A DNA stretch of 63,962 nt, counting the filler, from Chiloscyllium plagiosum (taxonomy: Eukaryota): assembly GCF_004010195.1 (NCBI RefSeq). It is 6 parts of one record of this genome, joined end to end, with 100 filler letters (N's around TTAATTAATTAA, not from the genome) between each part and the next. Parts side by side here need not be neighbours in the genome. Positions count along the whole stretch, not along the records: positions 1 to 13,266 come from NC_057716.1; 5 more parts are not named here. One strand, 5' to 3'. The notes under the pieces are model-generated. The model saw only the letters and a list, made by a program, of their open reading frames with translations. It was not told the DNA's origin and made no database searches. The translations under genes were made by a program, and so were the position numbers. This document shows positions 1 through 12,609 of the stretch, one piece after another. Within the stretch, counting starts at the first letter, position 1; every line of letters starts with the position of its first letter.

Positions 1-1490
1 GCCACACCTCCCCCTCTTTTACCGCCTTGCCTGTTCTTAATGAAAGATCTAAACCCTGGAACCTGCAACATCCATTCCTCACCCTGCTCTATCCATGTCT
101 CCCAAATGGCCACAACATCGAAGTCCCAGGTACCTGTCCATGCTGCAAGCTCACCTGCCTTATATCAGATACTTTTGGCGTTGAAGTAGACACACTTCAA
201 ACCAGCTTGCTGTCTGCCAGCACATTCCTGTGACCCTGAAACCCTATCCCTGTCCTTCCTACTCTCATCCTCATGTGCACTGGAACTACACCTCAGGTTC
301 CCATCCCCCTGCTGAGCTAGTTTAAACCCACCCGAGTAGCACCAGCAAATTTCCCACCCAGGACATTAGTACCCCTCTGGTTCAAGTGAAGACTGTCCTG
401 TTTGTACAATCCCACCTTCCCCAGAATGAGCCCCAATTATCCAAGCACCTGAAACCCTCCCTCCTGCACCACCCCTGCCGTCATGTGTTCAGCTGATATC
501 TATCCCTATTCCTTGGCTCGCTATCACATGGCCCGTAACAAACCAGAGATAACAACTCTGTTTGTTCTAGCTCCCAGCTTCTACCCTAGCTCCCTGAAAT
601 CCTGCCTTACATCCCTATCCCTCTTTCTACCTATGTCTTTGGTACCTACATAGACAACGACTTGATGCTGGTCACCCTCTCCCTTCAGGACCCCAAAGAT
701 ACGATCCGAGACATCACAGACCCTGGCACACACCAACCGTGAGTCTCATTCATCCTCAACAAACCTTCTATCTGAGCCTCTAACTATTGAGTCCCCAATG
801 ACTAACACTCTCCTCCTTTCCCTCCTTCCCTTCTGTGCAACAGGGACAGGCTCTGTGCCAGAGACCTGGACCCCAGTGCATACCCCTGGTAAGTCGTCCC
901 CCTCAACAGTATCCAAAATGATATACATGTTTTTCAGGGAATGACCACAGGGGATCCTTCCACAATCACCCAACTTTCTTCGTGCTTAGGAGTAACTACA
1001 TCCCTGTAACTCTTATCTATCACAGCCTCTGCCTCCCGAATGATCCAAAGTTCATCCAGCTCCTGCTCCAGTTCCTTAATGCGGTCTTGGAGGTGCGAGA
1101 GTTGGGTGCACTTCCAACAGATGTACTTGGATGGGACACTAATGGCATCCCTGACCTCAAACATCCTGCAGGAGGAACATTCCTCTCCCTGCACTGTCAT
1201 TCCTGCTAGTCCCCTTATCATAAAGTAAAAAAGAAGAGATGCTTACCTGACATGTTCCTAGTCTTTAAGGTTAGAGGAGGTGGTTGGGTGGGAGGCCCTA
1301 CAAGGGTAGGGTCTCGGGTTGAGAAAACACTGACTTATATAGCTGGACAGAAATAAAAATAAGAAGTCCCTCCTTTCCCAGAAACCTCTGCTCTCTGAGT
1401 TCAAATGTAAAAGCACAAATCAGTGACTCCCCGCTCCCGGCAGGCCCCTGATCCAAGCTCCCACCCTTTGAGTAGCTGCTGCTGCTGATA
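1..1490 (-). mobile_element. CR1 LINE 5' portion: decayed ORF1 (Zn-finger, coiled coil, SGNH esterase) and start of ORF2 AP endonuclease
   Basis: ORF 934-1221 CSSC...CWKC plus LQDRIKELEQELDEL; ORF 746-973 RRVLVIGDSIVRG (GDS esterase block); minus strand of 60-210 reads LKCVYFNAKSI*...DVVAIWETW (APE N-terminus). Left end runs off the window; right boundary approximate. Confidence 0.85.
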
Positions 1491-1531
1491 AACAGAAATG
1501 GAGGACTCCCGCACTTGAGGTAAGTTTTTAA

Positions 1532-1665
1532 ATTCTGCATTCTGTTCTATTATCCTGATGTACTTATCTAAGGTGCAATTTGTCCGGTTAGCACGCAAAA
1601 CAATACTTGTCACTGTTTCACAGTACGTGTGACAATCATAAATCAAAGCAAATCAAATCAAAATC
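1532..1665 (+). mobile_element. Rex1/Babar-type LINE 3' UTR fragment with (AAATC)n tail
   Basis: Closely matches the 3' UTR at 31425-31550, which follows a Rex1-type RT C-terminus. Confidence 0.65.
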
Positions 1666-2104
1666 ACTCCAATACTTGACTGACCATTCCACTGCCCTCA
1701 CCCTGGTCACCTTGGCACTTGGCTCTCTGCTCTGCCCATCTCTATGCAAACTACCATCCTCAGCCATGACATTTAGCGGGCAGAGGCAAATGATGGTGAT
1801 GCCCACCGAGGTAATGTCACTGCAATGAGCAATCCAGATGTGTGACCTCATTGAAACAGATGAGATTCCCGGGGTTAGGTAAAACACAGAATTGTGGATG
1901 CTGCAGGTCACGGAAATTGCTGGGAAAATTCAACAGATCTGGCAGCATCGGAGGATGTTAGGAGGAAATGATAGGTGGGGATCGAGCCCAGAGAAAGAAA
2001 GGACAAATAGCCACATTGCTGTCCACTCCTTTGTCTGTCCAACTCCTCTCTCTTTGGGCTATACTCTATAGTCATTGTCCTTAGGTTCGAAATGTGCGTT
2101 CAGA

Positions 2105-3567
2105 AGGTCATGAGGAATGGGATACAGGGAAATTTAGCTGTCTGGATACAGAATTGGCTGGTCAACAGAAGACAACAAGTGGTAGTGGAAGGAAAGTATT
2201 CTGCCTGGAAGTCAGTGGTGAGTGGTGTTCCACAGGGCTCTGTTCTTGGGCCTCTACTCTTTGTAATTTTTATTAATGACTTGGATGAGGGGACTGAAGA
2301 ATGGGCCAGCAAGTTTGCAGATGACACAAAGGTTGGAGGTGTTGTTGACAGTATAGAGGGCTGTTGTAGGTTGCAGCGGGACATTGACAGGATGCAGAGA
2401 TGGGCTGAGAGGTGGCAATAGACAATAGGTGCAGGAGTAGGCCATTCTGCCCTTCGAGCCTGCACCACCATTCAATATGATCATGGCTGATCATCCTTAA
2501 TCAGTATCCTGTTCCTGCCTTACCTCCATAACCCTTGATTCCACAATCCTTGAGAGCTCTATCCAACTCTTTCTTAAATGAATCCAGAGACTGGACCTCC
2601 ACTGCCCTCTGGGGCAGAGCATTCCACACAGCCACCACTCTCTGGGTGAAGAAGTTTCTCCTCATCTCTGTCCTAAATGGTCTACCCCCTATTTTTAAGC
2701 TGTGTCCTCTGGTTCGGCACTCACCCATCAGCGGAAACATGTTTCCTGCCTCCAGAGTGTCCAATCCTTTAATCCTTTGGCAGATGGAGTTCAACCTGGA
2801 TAAATGTGAAGTGATGCATTTTGGAAGGTCGAACTTGAAAGTTGAGTACAGGATTAAAGACAGGATTCTTGGCAGTGTGGAGGAACAGCAGGATCTTGGT
2901 GTGCAGGTACATAGATCCCTTAAAATTGCCACCCAAGTGGACAGGGTTGTTAAGAAAGCATATGGTGTTTTGGCTTTCATTAACAGGGGATTGAGTTTAA
3001 GAGCCGTGAGATCTTGTTGCAGCTCTATAAAACTTTGGTTAGACCGCACTTGGAATACTGTGTCCTATTATAGGAAAGCTGTGAATGCTTTGGAGAGGGT
3101 TCAGAGGAGGTTTACCAGGATGCTGCCTGGAATGGAGGGCTTATCTTACGAAGAGAGGTTGACTGAGCTCGGATTTTTTTTCATTGGATAAAAGAAGGAA
3201 GAGAGGGGACCTAATTGAGGTGTACAAGATAATGAGAGGCATAGATAGAGTTGATAGCCAGAGACTTTTTCCAAGGGCAGAAATGGCTAACACGAGGGGT
3301 CATAGTTTTAAGCTGTTTGGTGGAAAGTATAGAGGGGATGTCAGAGGCGGGTTCTTTACACAGAGAGTTGTGAGAGCATGGAATGCGTTGCCAGCAGCAG
3401 TTGTGGAAGCGAGGTCATTGCAGATATTTAAGAGACTGCTGGACATGCATATGGTCACAGAAATTTGAGGGTTCGTACATTAGGTTTACCTTACATGAGG
3501 ATCAATGGTCGGCACAACATCGTGGGCTGAAGGGCCTGTTCTGTGCTGTACTGTTCTATGTTCTAAT
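2105..3567 (+). mobile_element. 5'-truncated CR1 LINE (RT to 3' end), interrupted by a second CR1
   Basis: [22 protein letters not shown]...KFADDTK...WAERWQ continues after the insert as WQMEFNLDKCEVMHFG...TRGHSFKL...FFTQRVVRAWNALP. Confidence 0.95.
2418..2777 (-). mobile_element. CR1 3' end nested inside another CR1
   Basis: TRGHSLKIGGRPFRTEMRRNFFTQRVVAVWNALP on the minus strand; TGGCA duplicated at 2413-2417 and 2778-2782; near-identical to the copy at 48405-48763. Confidence 0.9.
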
Positions 3568-3660
3568 TTATGCACAGCAAGCTCCCACAACAACTCATCG
3601 CCACAGAAGGCTGTGGATGCTAGGTCATTGAGTATATTTTAAAACAGAGATAGATATGTT

Positions 3661-4634
3661 ATAGAGTCATAGAGTCATTGAGATGCACAGCACGGAAACA
3701 GACTCTTCGGTCCAACCCGTCCATGCCGACCAGATATCCCAACCCAATATAGTCCTACCTGCAAGCACCCAGCCCATATCCCTCCAAACCCTTCCTATTC
3801 ATATACCCATCCAAATGCCTCTTAAATGTTGCAATTGTACCAGCCTCCACCACTTCCTCTGGCAGCTCATTCCATACACGTACCACCCTCTGCATGAAAA
3901 CGTTGCCCCTTAGGTCTCTTTTATATTTTTCCCATCTCACCCTAAGCCTATGCCCTTTAGTTCTGGATTCCCTGACCCCAGCGAAAATACTTTGTCTATT
4001 TATCCTATCAATGTCCCACATAATTTTGTAAACCACTATAAGGTCACCCCTCAGCCTCCGACGCTCCAGAGAAAACAGTCCCAGCTTGTTCAGCCTCTCC
4101 CTGTAGCTCAAATCCTCCAACCCTGGCAGCATCCTTGTAAATCTTTTCTGAACCCTCTCAACTTTCACACCATCTTTCCAATTGAAAGGAGACCAGAAAT
4201 GCACGCAATACTCCAACAGTGGCCTAACCAATGGCCTGTATAGCCGCAACATGACCTCTCAACTCCTGTACTCAATACTCTGACCAATAAAGGAAAGCAT
4301 ACCAAACGCCTTCTTCACTATCCTATTTACCTGCGATTCCACTTTCAAGGAGCTATGAACCTGCACTCCAAGGTCTCTTTGTTCAGCAACACTCCCTAGG
4401 ACCTTTCCATCAAGCGTAGAAGTCCTGCTAAGATTTGCTTTCCCAAAATGCAGCAGCTCGCATTTATCTGAATTAAACTCCATCTGCCACTTCTCAGCCC
4501 ATTGGCCCATCTGATCAAGATCCTGTTGTAATCTGAGGTAAACCTCTTCACTGTCCACTACACCTCCAATTTCGGTGTCATCTGCAAACATACTAACTGT
4601 ACCTCTTATGCTCGCATCCAAATCATTTATTTAA
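3661..4634 (-). mobile_element. CR1 LINE 3' fragment
   Basis: ORFs 4259-4621 and 3755-4252 (FADDT, LYRPLVRPLLEYC, RRLRGDLI, QRVVRVWNELP); (CTATGACT)n tail. Confidence 0.95.
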
Positions 4635-5671
4635 ATTCTTGATTGCCGAGGGGATAAGAGGTTATGGGGAGTAAACGAAAGAATGGGTTTGAGAAACATA
4701 TCAGCCATGATTAAATGTGGAGATACTCGATAGGCCGAATGGCCTAATTGTTGCTCCTGTGTCTTATGATCTTATCCAGAAATGACTAAATCCAAATGCC
4801 GAAGTAATGATTTTTCATCATGATGCTTATTGATTGGCCATGTCTTTGGGTATAGTTCACCATAAACATATATCACGGGATTACTGACATCCACCCCTAG
4901 GAAGGTGTAGGGTCCCTCAGTTTAACATTGCACACTTCTCACCTATTGCAGCTTTGAGCCTCAGTGCAAATCATTCGATTTAAAACTCCTGGGGCTGAGA
5001 AAGGCCCTCAGATTGACACATTCCAAACTCAATCTCTCATTTCCTCCTCAACTAATTCGGGCCATTTACACCTCTTGCACAGACACAGGTTGTAATTTGT
5101 TGGCCCTTCTTAATGACTGCTGAGTTTTCCTCCATTGTCTCTAAGCAGACCCTGATCAGCTGTGAATGATGATGTGTCTCAGAGGCATTATGTAAAGTGG
5201 TTCCATTAGTGTGCACATTGTCAGTGATTTTCTCCAAACAGGCAGCACTGACATCTACAAAACTTCCGCATTGCTGCGGCATTGAATTCAGGAATCAAGG
5301 GAGAGCTCTTAACATACAACAAGATGTGACCAAGAGCTTAAGAAAATCATTTATCTTTGTCTTTCCTGTCCTTGCTAACCTCAACTACTTGCATTTACGT
5401 GACACGTTAATAGACGTTTGTTGTGACATTCCGATAATGACCTACTTCTGGACCAGGGCATAGAACAACTCAAGGGTGATTTTAAAAAAAATGTTTAAAT
5501 TCCTTTGTCATGGTTAAAAAAAAACAAGGTGGCTCATAGGAAAGTAACCAAATAGAATTTAACACTAAGTCATTCAGGGAGATGTTGGGACACGTGCCAG
5601 GTTTTGTTAAACAGAAGTACCTGAAGGAAGAAAGCGAGATTGAGGTCAGGAGGTATGGGGACCACACCAGC

Positions 5672-5935
5672 ACCAGGACCCGGGTTCGCCTCCAGCCTCA
5701 GGTGACTGTGTGGAGTTTGCACATTCTCCCCGTGTCTGTGTGGGTGCGCTCCGGTTTCCTCCCACAATCCAAGGATGTGCAGGTCAGGTGAATTGGCTGT
5801 GCTAAATTACCTGTGGTGTTAAATGCATTGGTTGGGGTAAATATGGAGTAGGGGAACAGGTTTGGGTGGGTTACTCTTCAGAGGGTCAGGTTGTGCTGAA
5901 GGGCCTGTTTCCATATTGTAGGGACTCTAATCTAA
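5672..5935 (+). mobile_element. HE1-type V-SINE, 5'-truncated
   Basis: V-domain TGTGTGGAGTTTGCACATTCTCCCCGTGTCTG...GGTTTCCTCCCAC and CR1-like tail GAAGGGCCTGTTTCC. Confidence 0.85.
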
Positions 5936-6214
5936 CCAAAAGTAGAGCATTTAAAATTGGGGATTTTCAAAAGACCAGAATGGGGGGGAGGGGGAAGAAA
6001 GCTTTTCACTGTGCCTCGGTACACATGACAATCAATCCAATTCAAAGGAGCTCAGGGGCTGAGGCAGTGAGGGCTTTGAAAACAAGAATGAGAATTTTAA
6101 AATCTAAGGTAGTGTTGAGTTGGGTGGCAGTGTAGTTCAGTGAGCAGAGGGGCAATGGATGGATGGGCTCTGACGGGAGGCAGGACATGGGCAGCAAGAC
6201 ATCTGATGGAAATA

Positions 6215-6527
6215 TTAGAATAGTGTGGAAGCAGGCCATTCAGCCCACACCAACCCTCCAAAGAGCATCCCACCCAGACCCACCCCACCTCTGCATTTTT
6301 CACAGCTCATCCACCTAGCCTGCACACTAGGTGGGCAAATGTAGCCTGGCCAATCTACCTAACGCGCACATCTTTGAACTGTGGGAGGCAACTGGAGCAC
6401 CCAGTGGAAATCCACGCAAACACGGGGAGAATGTGCAAACTCCACACAGACAGTCGCCCGAGAGTGGAATCAAACCCAGCTCTCTGGTGCTGTGAGGCAG
6501 CAGTGCTAACCACTGAGCCACTGTGCC
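6215..6527 (-). mobile_element. HE1-type V-SINE
   Basis: Reverse complement gives tRNA-like head GGCACAGTGGCTCAGTGGTTAGCACTGCTGCCTCACAGC plus V-domain. Confidence 0.85.
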
Positions 6528-8143
6528 ATTGATTGCACAGCTGAGGGTGCACAGCAACAGGAAAGCTTTGAATTAAAAAAAGGCACAAATGCAGGTTTCC
6601 ACAAACCATATGACGTAGGAGCAGTGTAGATTGTTCAGTCCATCGTGTCTGCTCCACCGGTCAATGAGATAATGGCTGCTCTGATCATCCTCAACTCCAC
6701 ATTCCTGCCTTTTGGCCATAACTCTTGATTCCCATACTGATTAAAAATCTGCCTATCTCAATCTTAAATATATTCAATGACGGAGCCTCAATAGCCCTTT
6801 GCAGTAAGAATTTCACAGATTCACTATCATCTGGGAGTGCTTTTCCAGCACCCGCTCTAATTTTGACTCTAATCTCCAGCATCTGCAGTACCCACTTCTG
6901 CCTATCACCTGAGGGAAGATATTCCTTCTCATCTCTGACTTAAATGGGTCAACCTTTACTCTGAGACAATACCCTCTGGTCCTGGACTCTCCCACAAGGG
7001 AGAAACAATTGTGTGCACCCATCCTCTGGAGTCCCCTCGAAGAACCTCGTATGTTTCAATAAAGTTGTCTCTCCTTCTTTGACTTTCAACAAGTACAGGC
7101 CCAACCTACCCAATCTGTCCTCATAAGACAGCCCCTCCATAACCTGGTGTCAGCATAGGGAACCTTCTCAGGACAGTTCCAATATTCCTTCCCTTAAATA
7201 AGGGGCCCAATACTGTTCACAGTATTCCATATTCCTACTGACTGGACAGTAGAGGCAGCAGACATCCGAATATTGTTGTATTGCTGGAAATTGGGAATCC
7301 AATTTATGCACAGCAAGATCCCACAACCAGTAATGGGTTAACTTCCTCTTAATCTGATTGTTTGTAGAAGTTGATCAGGGTACAAAGCAGAGCGTGGTCA
7401 TCTAAAAACACAGACCATGGCACAGGGAGTGTGAAGTAAGCACAATCCACAGTGGGACAGTGTTCAGATATTTTGCCTTGCTTTATACAAACCAAGAATG
7501 TAAAGGGACCAACAAGGTTTATTCTAAAGACGTAGTAGCTGTCCAAGCCAGCATTACCCACATCCTGAAAGCATCCTCACCACTCACTGCAAATAAAGGT
7601 GCTGGTGAGGCCCTGTCATATTACAAAGTGTTTTGCTCCCCACATTGAAAAAAGGTATGTTGGCATGGAAAGCCATTCAAAAGAGACTCATCAGGCTGGT
7701 CCCTGGGATAAAGGGGCTGACATTTCAAGAAAGGCTAAGCAGACTAGACTTTTGTTCATTTAAGTTTAGAAGAATGAGAGTGATGGTGTTGAAACATACA
7801 AGATTCTGCAGGAGCTTTACAGGGTCAATGTTGAGAAGAAGCATCCTCTAGGAGGGGGAGTCTTGATCTAGGGGATGTACTTACAGAATAAAGAGTACTC
7901 ATTTAAAACTGAGATACAAGGGAATTTCTTCTCCCAGAGAGTAGTGTGTGTCTGGAATTCCGGACTCCATCAAAACCATAAGATCTGGAGCAAAATGAGA
8001 TCCTTTGACCCATCAAGTTTTTGAGGAGGTGACAAAGAAAATGGATGAAGGGAAAGCGGTAGATGTGGCCTGTATGAACTTCAGCAAAGTGTTTGACAAG
8101 GTTCCGCGTGGCAGATTGGTTAACAAGGTTAGATAACATGGAA

Positions 8144-8296
8144 GTCAAGAGTGTGGTGCTTTTACATCAGGAAAGAAGGGCTTACGCCCAAAATGTGGAT
8201 TCTCCTGCTCCTCGGATGCTGCCTGACCGGCTGTGCTTTTCCAGCACCACACTCTCGACTCTAATCTCCAGCATCTGCAGTGCTCAATTTCTCCTC
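8144..8296 (+). mobile_element. PLE terminal (pLTR) fragment with 12-bp TSD
   Basis: GATAACATGGAA at 8132-8143 and 8297-8308 flanks the recurring ...GGATGCTGCCTGACC...CCAGCATCTGCAG terminus. Confidence 0.8.
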
Positions 8297-8439
8297 GATA
8301 ACATGGAATTCAGGGAGAACTAGCCATCTGGATGCAGAACTGGCTTGAAGGTAGGAGACAGAGGATGGTCTTGGAGGCCTGGTTTCTGGACTGGAGACCT
8401 GTGACCAGCGGTGTGCCACAAGTATTGGTGCTGGATCTA

Positions 8440-8857
8440 CTGCTAAGATTTGATTTTCCAAAATGCAGCACCTCACATTTATCTAAATTACACTCCACCT
8501 GCCACTCCTCAGTCCATTGGCCCATCTGATCAAGATACCATTGTACTCTGAGGTAACCTTCTTCGCTGTCCACTACACCTCCAATTTTGGTGTCGTCTGC
8601 AAACTTACTAACCAAACGTCCATTGTTAACATCGAAATCATTTATACAAATGACAATGATTTCGATGTTAACAATGGACGTTTGGTTAGTAAGTTTGCAG
8701 ACGACACCAAAATTGGAGGTGTAGTGGACAGCGAAGAAGGTTACCTCAGAGTACAACAGTATCTTGATCAGATGGGCCAATGGACTGAGGAGTGGCAGGT
8801 GGAGTGTAATTTAGATAAATGTGAGGTGCTGCATTTTGGAAAATCAAATCTTAGCAG
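8440..8857. repeat. Near-perfect inverted repeat, 203-bp arms, 12-bp spacer
   Basis: 8440-8642 is the reverse complement of 8655-8857 except for 2 adjacent mismatches; mirrored ORFs 8310-8780(-) and 8517-8933(+). Confidence 0.95.
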
Positions 8858-9964
8858 GACTTATACACTTTATGATAAGGTCCTGGGTAGTGTTGCTAAA
8901 CAAAGAGACCTTGGAGTGTTTCTAGTTCCTTGAAGGTGAAGTCGCAGGTAGATAAGATGGTGAAAAAGGCGTTTGGCATGCTTTCATTTTTAATCAGAGC
9001 ATTGAGTGTAGGAGTTGGAAGGTCATGTTGCAGCTATACAGGACATTGGTGAGACCATTTTTTGGAATATTGTGTTTAGTTCTGTACTCCTTGCTGTAGG
9101 TAAGCTGTTGTGAAACTTGAAAGAGCTCAGAAAAGATTTACAAGGATGTTGCCAGGGTTGGAGGGTTTGGGCTATAGGGAGAGGCTGAACAGGCTGGGGC
9201 TGTTTTCCCTGGAGCGTTGGAGGCTGAGGGGTGACCCTTTCAAGGTTTTGTAAAGTCATGAGGGGAATGGAAAGGGTGAACAGCCAAGGTCTTTTCCCTA
9301 GGATAGGGGAGTTCAAAACTAGAGGACATAGGTTTAAGTTGAAAGGGGAAAGATATAAAAGGGACCTAAGGGGCAACTTTTTGACACAGAGGGTGGTGCG
9401 TGTATGGAATGAGCTGCGAGAAGAAGTGGTGGAGGCTGGTACAATTACAACATTTAAAAGGCATCTGGATGGGTATATGAAGAGGAAGGGTTTAAAGGGA
9501 TATGGGTCAAATGCTGGCAAATGGGACTAGATTAATTTAGAATACCTGGCCTGCATGGACAAGTTGGACTGAAGGGTCTGTGTCTATGCAGTACATCTCT
9601 ATGACTCTAAGTGTGTTCTCTACCATTCAATACGTTTCTCAACACTATTCTCCTGCCTTCTCTCCATAAGCCCTGATCCTTTTACTAATAAGAACTACAA
9701 ATCCAGAGAGTTGTGGAGGCTAGATCACTGATAGTGTTTAAAGACGAGGTAAGGAGGTTTTGGAAATATCAGGGAATTGAGGAATATGCTAAATTAGAAT
9801 GAAAGGGGAGCTAAAACTGGAGACAGATCAATCATGATCTTACAGAATAGAGGAGCCAGCTTGAGGGGCTGAATGGCCAATTATGTTCCCAGTACTCTAC
9901 ATCACAATGCCCATCTTGAAGAGGTTCTGCTCCTCTCTCCAACAGGATTTCCATTCTAATTGGT

Positions 9965-10299
9965 GGGCGGCACGGTGGCACAGTGGTTAGCACTGCTGCC
10001 TCACAGCGCCAGAGACCCGGGTTCAGTTCCCGCCTCAGGCGACTGACTGTGTGGAGTTTGCACGTTATCCCCGTGTCTGTGTGGGTTTCCTCCGGGTGCT
10101 CCGGTTTCCTCCCACAGTCCAAAAATGTGCAGGTTAGGTAAATTGGCCATGCTAAATTGCCCGTAGTGTTAGATGCAGGGGTAAATGTAGGGGAATGGGT
10201 ATGGGTGGGTGCACTTCAGCGGGTCGGTGTGGACTTGTTGGGCCGAAGGGCCTGTTTCCACACTGTAAGTAATCTAATCTAATGTAAGTAATCTAATCT
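9965..10299 (+). mobile_element. Full-length HE1-type V-SINE
   Basis: GGGCGGCACGGTGGCACAGTGGTTAGC (A box), GGTTCAGTTCCC (B-box-like), V-domain, (TAATC)n tail. Confidence 0.92.
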
Positions 10300-11077
10300 T
10301 TCTTCGTGTTCTTCCTACCTGCTTCCTCCTTCACCGTACCCCAACTTCCACCTTCAGCATGTATACCATACTTTTCCTTGCTCCTGTCAGTGCTGAGGAT
10401 GGGTCACAGAATGTTAACACAGCTTTCTCTCCACAGACGCTGCCAGACCTGTTGAGTTTCTCCAGCAATACCTGTTTTTGCACCATAATCTCATCACTTT
10501 AGTCAACAGCTGACTAAAACTACTTCAAGACCCAACTTTGCCAGAAATGAGGAGAGATATTGAAATCGGTCACAGTGCAAGGTGAATATTTAATGAAAAG
10601 CCCAAAGTAATCAATGTGCTCTCGTTGCTTTATAAGTAGTTTAGCTGGTTGCACCCTTGACCTTCAAACCAGGAGATTGTGCCTTCAATCTCACTCACAA
10701 AATCAGGACAGAAATCTAGATTTATCTTACTGATGTGCCCATCTTTCACTTGTTAATGCACTTCTTATCTAACGCATACAACAGTTAAAATGCAGGAAGT
10801 GGCGAGTTGGTCTCTCTGATTTGTGCTGGCCTCTACAAAAATAACTCATCTCATTTCCTTTCTGCATTGTTTTCTCTTCATCTAATTTTCTTTTTGCACC
10901 TCTCTGTTGTATCTGCCTGTAACTCACTCTCAGGTACTGACTTCCACATCCACTGTGTCGAAATCCTGAAACTCCCTCCCTAACTGCACCCCCCAGGGCA
11001 GCAGCAGTTCAGGAACAAAAACAGAAGTTGCTGGAAAAGCTCAGCGGGTCAGGCAGCATCTGTGGAGAGAGATCAGG

Positions 11078-11113
11078 TTTAAAGTTTCGGGTCCAGCGAC
11101 CCTTCCTCAGCTT
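11078..11113 (-). ncRNA. Minimal hammerhead ribozyme motif in a PLE terminus (family B, slightly decayed)
   Basis: Minus strand: CUGAGGA-A-GGGUC-GCUG-GACCC-GAAAC-UUU. Confidence 0.6.
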
Positions 11114-11674
11114 GGAGTTTGAGGTAATAAGGAAAGGCCGGAGAGCCTGGGACTTTTTTTCCCAGGGGGCTGAGAGCTGACTTTATAGAGGTTTAGAACA
11201 TCATGCGGGGCATAGATAGGGTGAGTAGGCAAGGTGTTTTTCCTAGGGTAGGGGAGTCCAAAACTAGAGGGTTTTTGTAATTTTTGTGAAGTGTTGCAGT
11301 GGTTCAGGTTGTACAATTGCTCAGTGATTCAATTCTCTATTAACTTCATTGTTTTTGTAATCTCTGCCTCTCTTTATAAAATTCAGCATCCCATCTCAGC
11401 GAGCAAACTGAAAATCGAGCAGGGAATAGGTTTAAGGTCTGATGGATAAGATTTAAAAGGGACCTGACAGGCAATGTTTTCACACAGAGGGTGATGCCAG
11501 AGGAAGTGGTAGAGGTGAGTACAATTGCAATGTTTAAAAGACATTTGGACAAGTACACGGATAGGAAAGGTTTAGAGGGATGTGGGCCAAACATAGGCAA
11601 ATAGGAGTAGCTCAGTTTAGGAAACCTGGTCAGCATGGACAAGTTGGGCCAAGGGCCTGTTTCTCTGTTGTATT

Positions 11675-12434
11675 GGGAAAGCAAATCTTAGCTGGACTTA
11701 TACACTTAATGGTAAGGTCCTAGGGAGTGTTGCAGAACAAAGAGACCTTGGAGTGCAGGTTCATAGCTCCTTGAAAGTGGAGTCACAGGTAGGTAGGATA
11801 GAGAAGAAGGTGTTTGGTATGCTTTCCTTTATTGGTCAGAGTATTGAGTACAGGAGTTGGAAGGTCATGTTGTGGCTGTACAGAACATTGGCTAAGTCAC
11901 TGTTGGAATATTGCCTGCAATTCTGGTCTCCTTCCTATCGGAAAGATGTTATGAAACTTGAAAGGGTTCAGAAAAGATTTACAAGGATGTTGCCAGTGTT
12001 GGAGGATTTGAGCTATAGGGAGAGGCTGAACAGGCGAGGAGCTGTTTTCCCTGGAGCGTCAGAGGCTGAGGGGTGACCATATAGAGGTTTACAAAATCAT
12101 GAGGGGCATGGATAGGGTAAATAGGCAAAGTCTTTTTCCTGGGGTCGGGGAGTCCAGAACTAGAGGGCATAGGTTTAGGGTGAGAGGGGAAAGATATAAA
12201 AGGGACCTGAGGGGTAACGTTTTCACGCAGAGGGTGGTACGTGTATGGAATGAGCTGCCAGAGGATGTGGTGGAGGCTGGTACAATTGCAACATTTAAAA
12301 TGCATCAGTTGGAGGGATATGGGCCGGCTGCTGGCAGGTGGGACTAGATTGGGGTTGGGATATCTGGTCGGCATGGACGGGTTGGACCGAAGGGTCTGTT
12401 TCTGTGTTCTCCATCTCTATGACTGTGTGACTCT
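11675..12434 (+). mobile_element. CR1 LINE 3' fragment
   Basis: ORFs 11753-12076 and 12099-12347 (LERVQKRFTRMLP, TRGHRFRVRGERYKRDLRG). Confidence 0.95.
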
Positions 12435-12609
12435 AAGGCAGCTCATCACCATCTTCTCCAGGGCAATTAGGAATGGGCATTTGATGTCAGCAGAGCCATT
12501 GACAACTGCATCTGAAAAATATTCTGATCACTCCCTGCATTTAAAAGGTTGCTTCTCATTTTATCCTTGCCTGTTGTCAATCTAACACCTAAAATGTTTA
12601 ATATTCTCA

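Larger units (their letters stand above)
8015..9608 (+). mobile_element. CR1 LINE RT/3' fragment containing a PLE insertion and an internal inverted duplication
   Basis: KFADDTKIGGVVDS, DKCEVLHFG, TRGHRFKL, QRVVRVWNEL; CTCTATGACTCTA tail. Confidence 0.95.

Noticed and set aside
9965..10040. tRNA gene
   Set aside because: The A/B-box head continues into a V-domain and LINE-like tail and recurs in several copies: a SINE.
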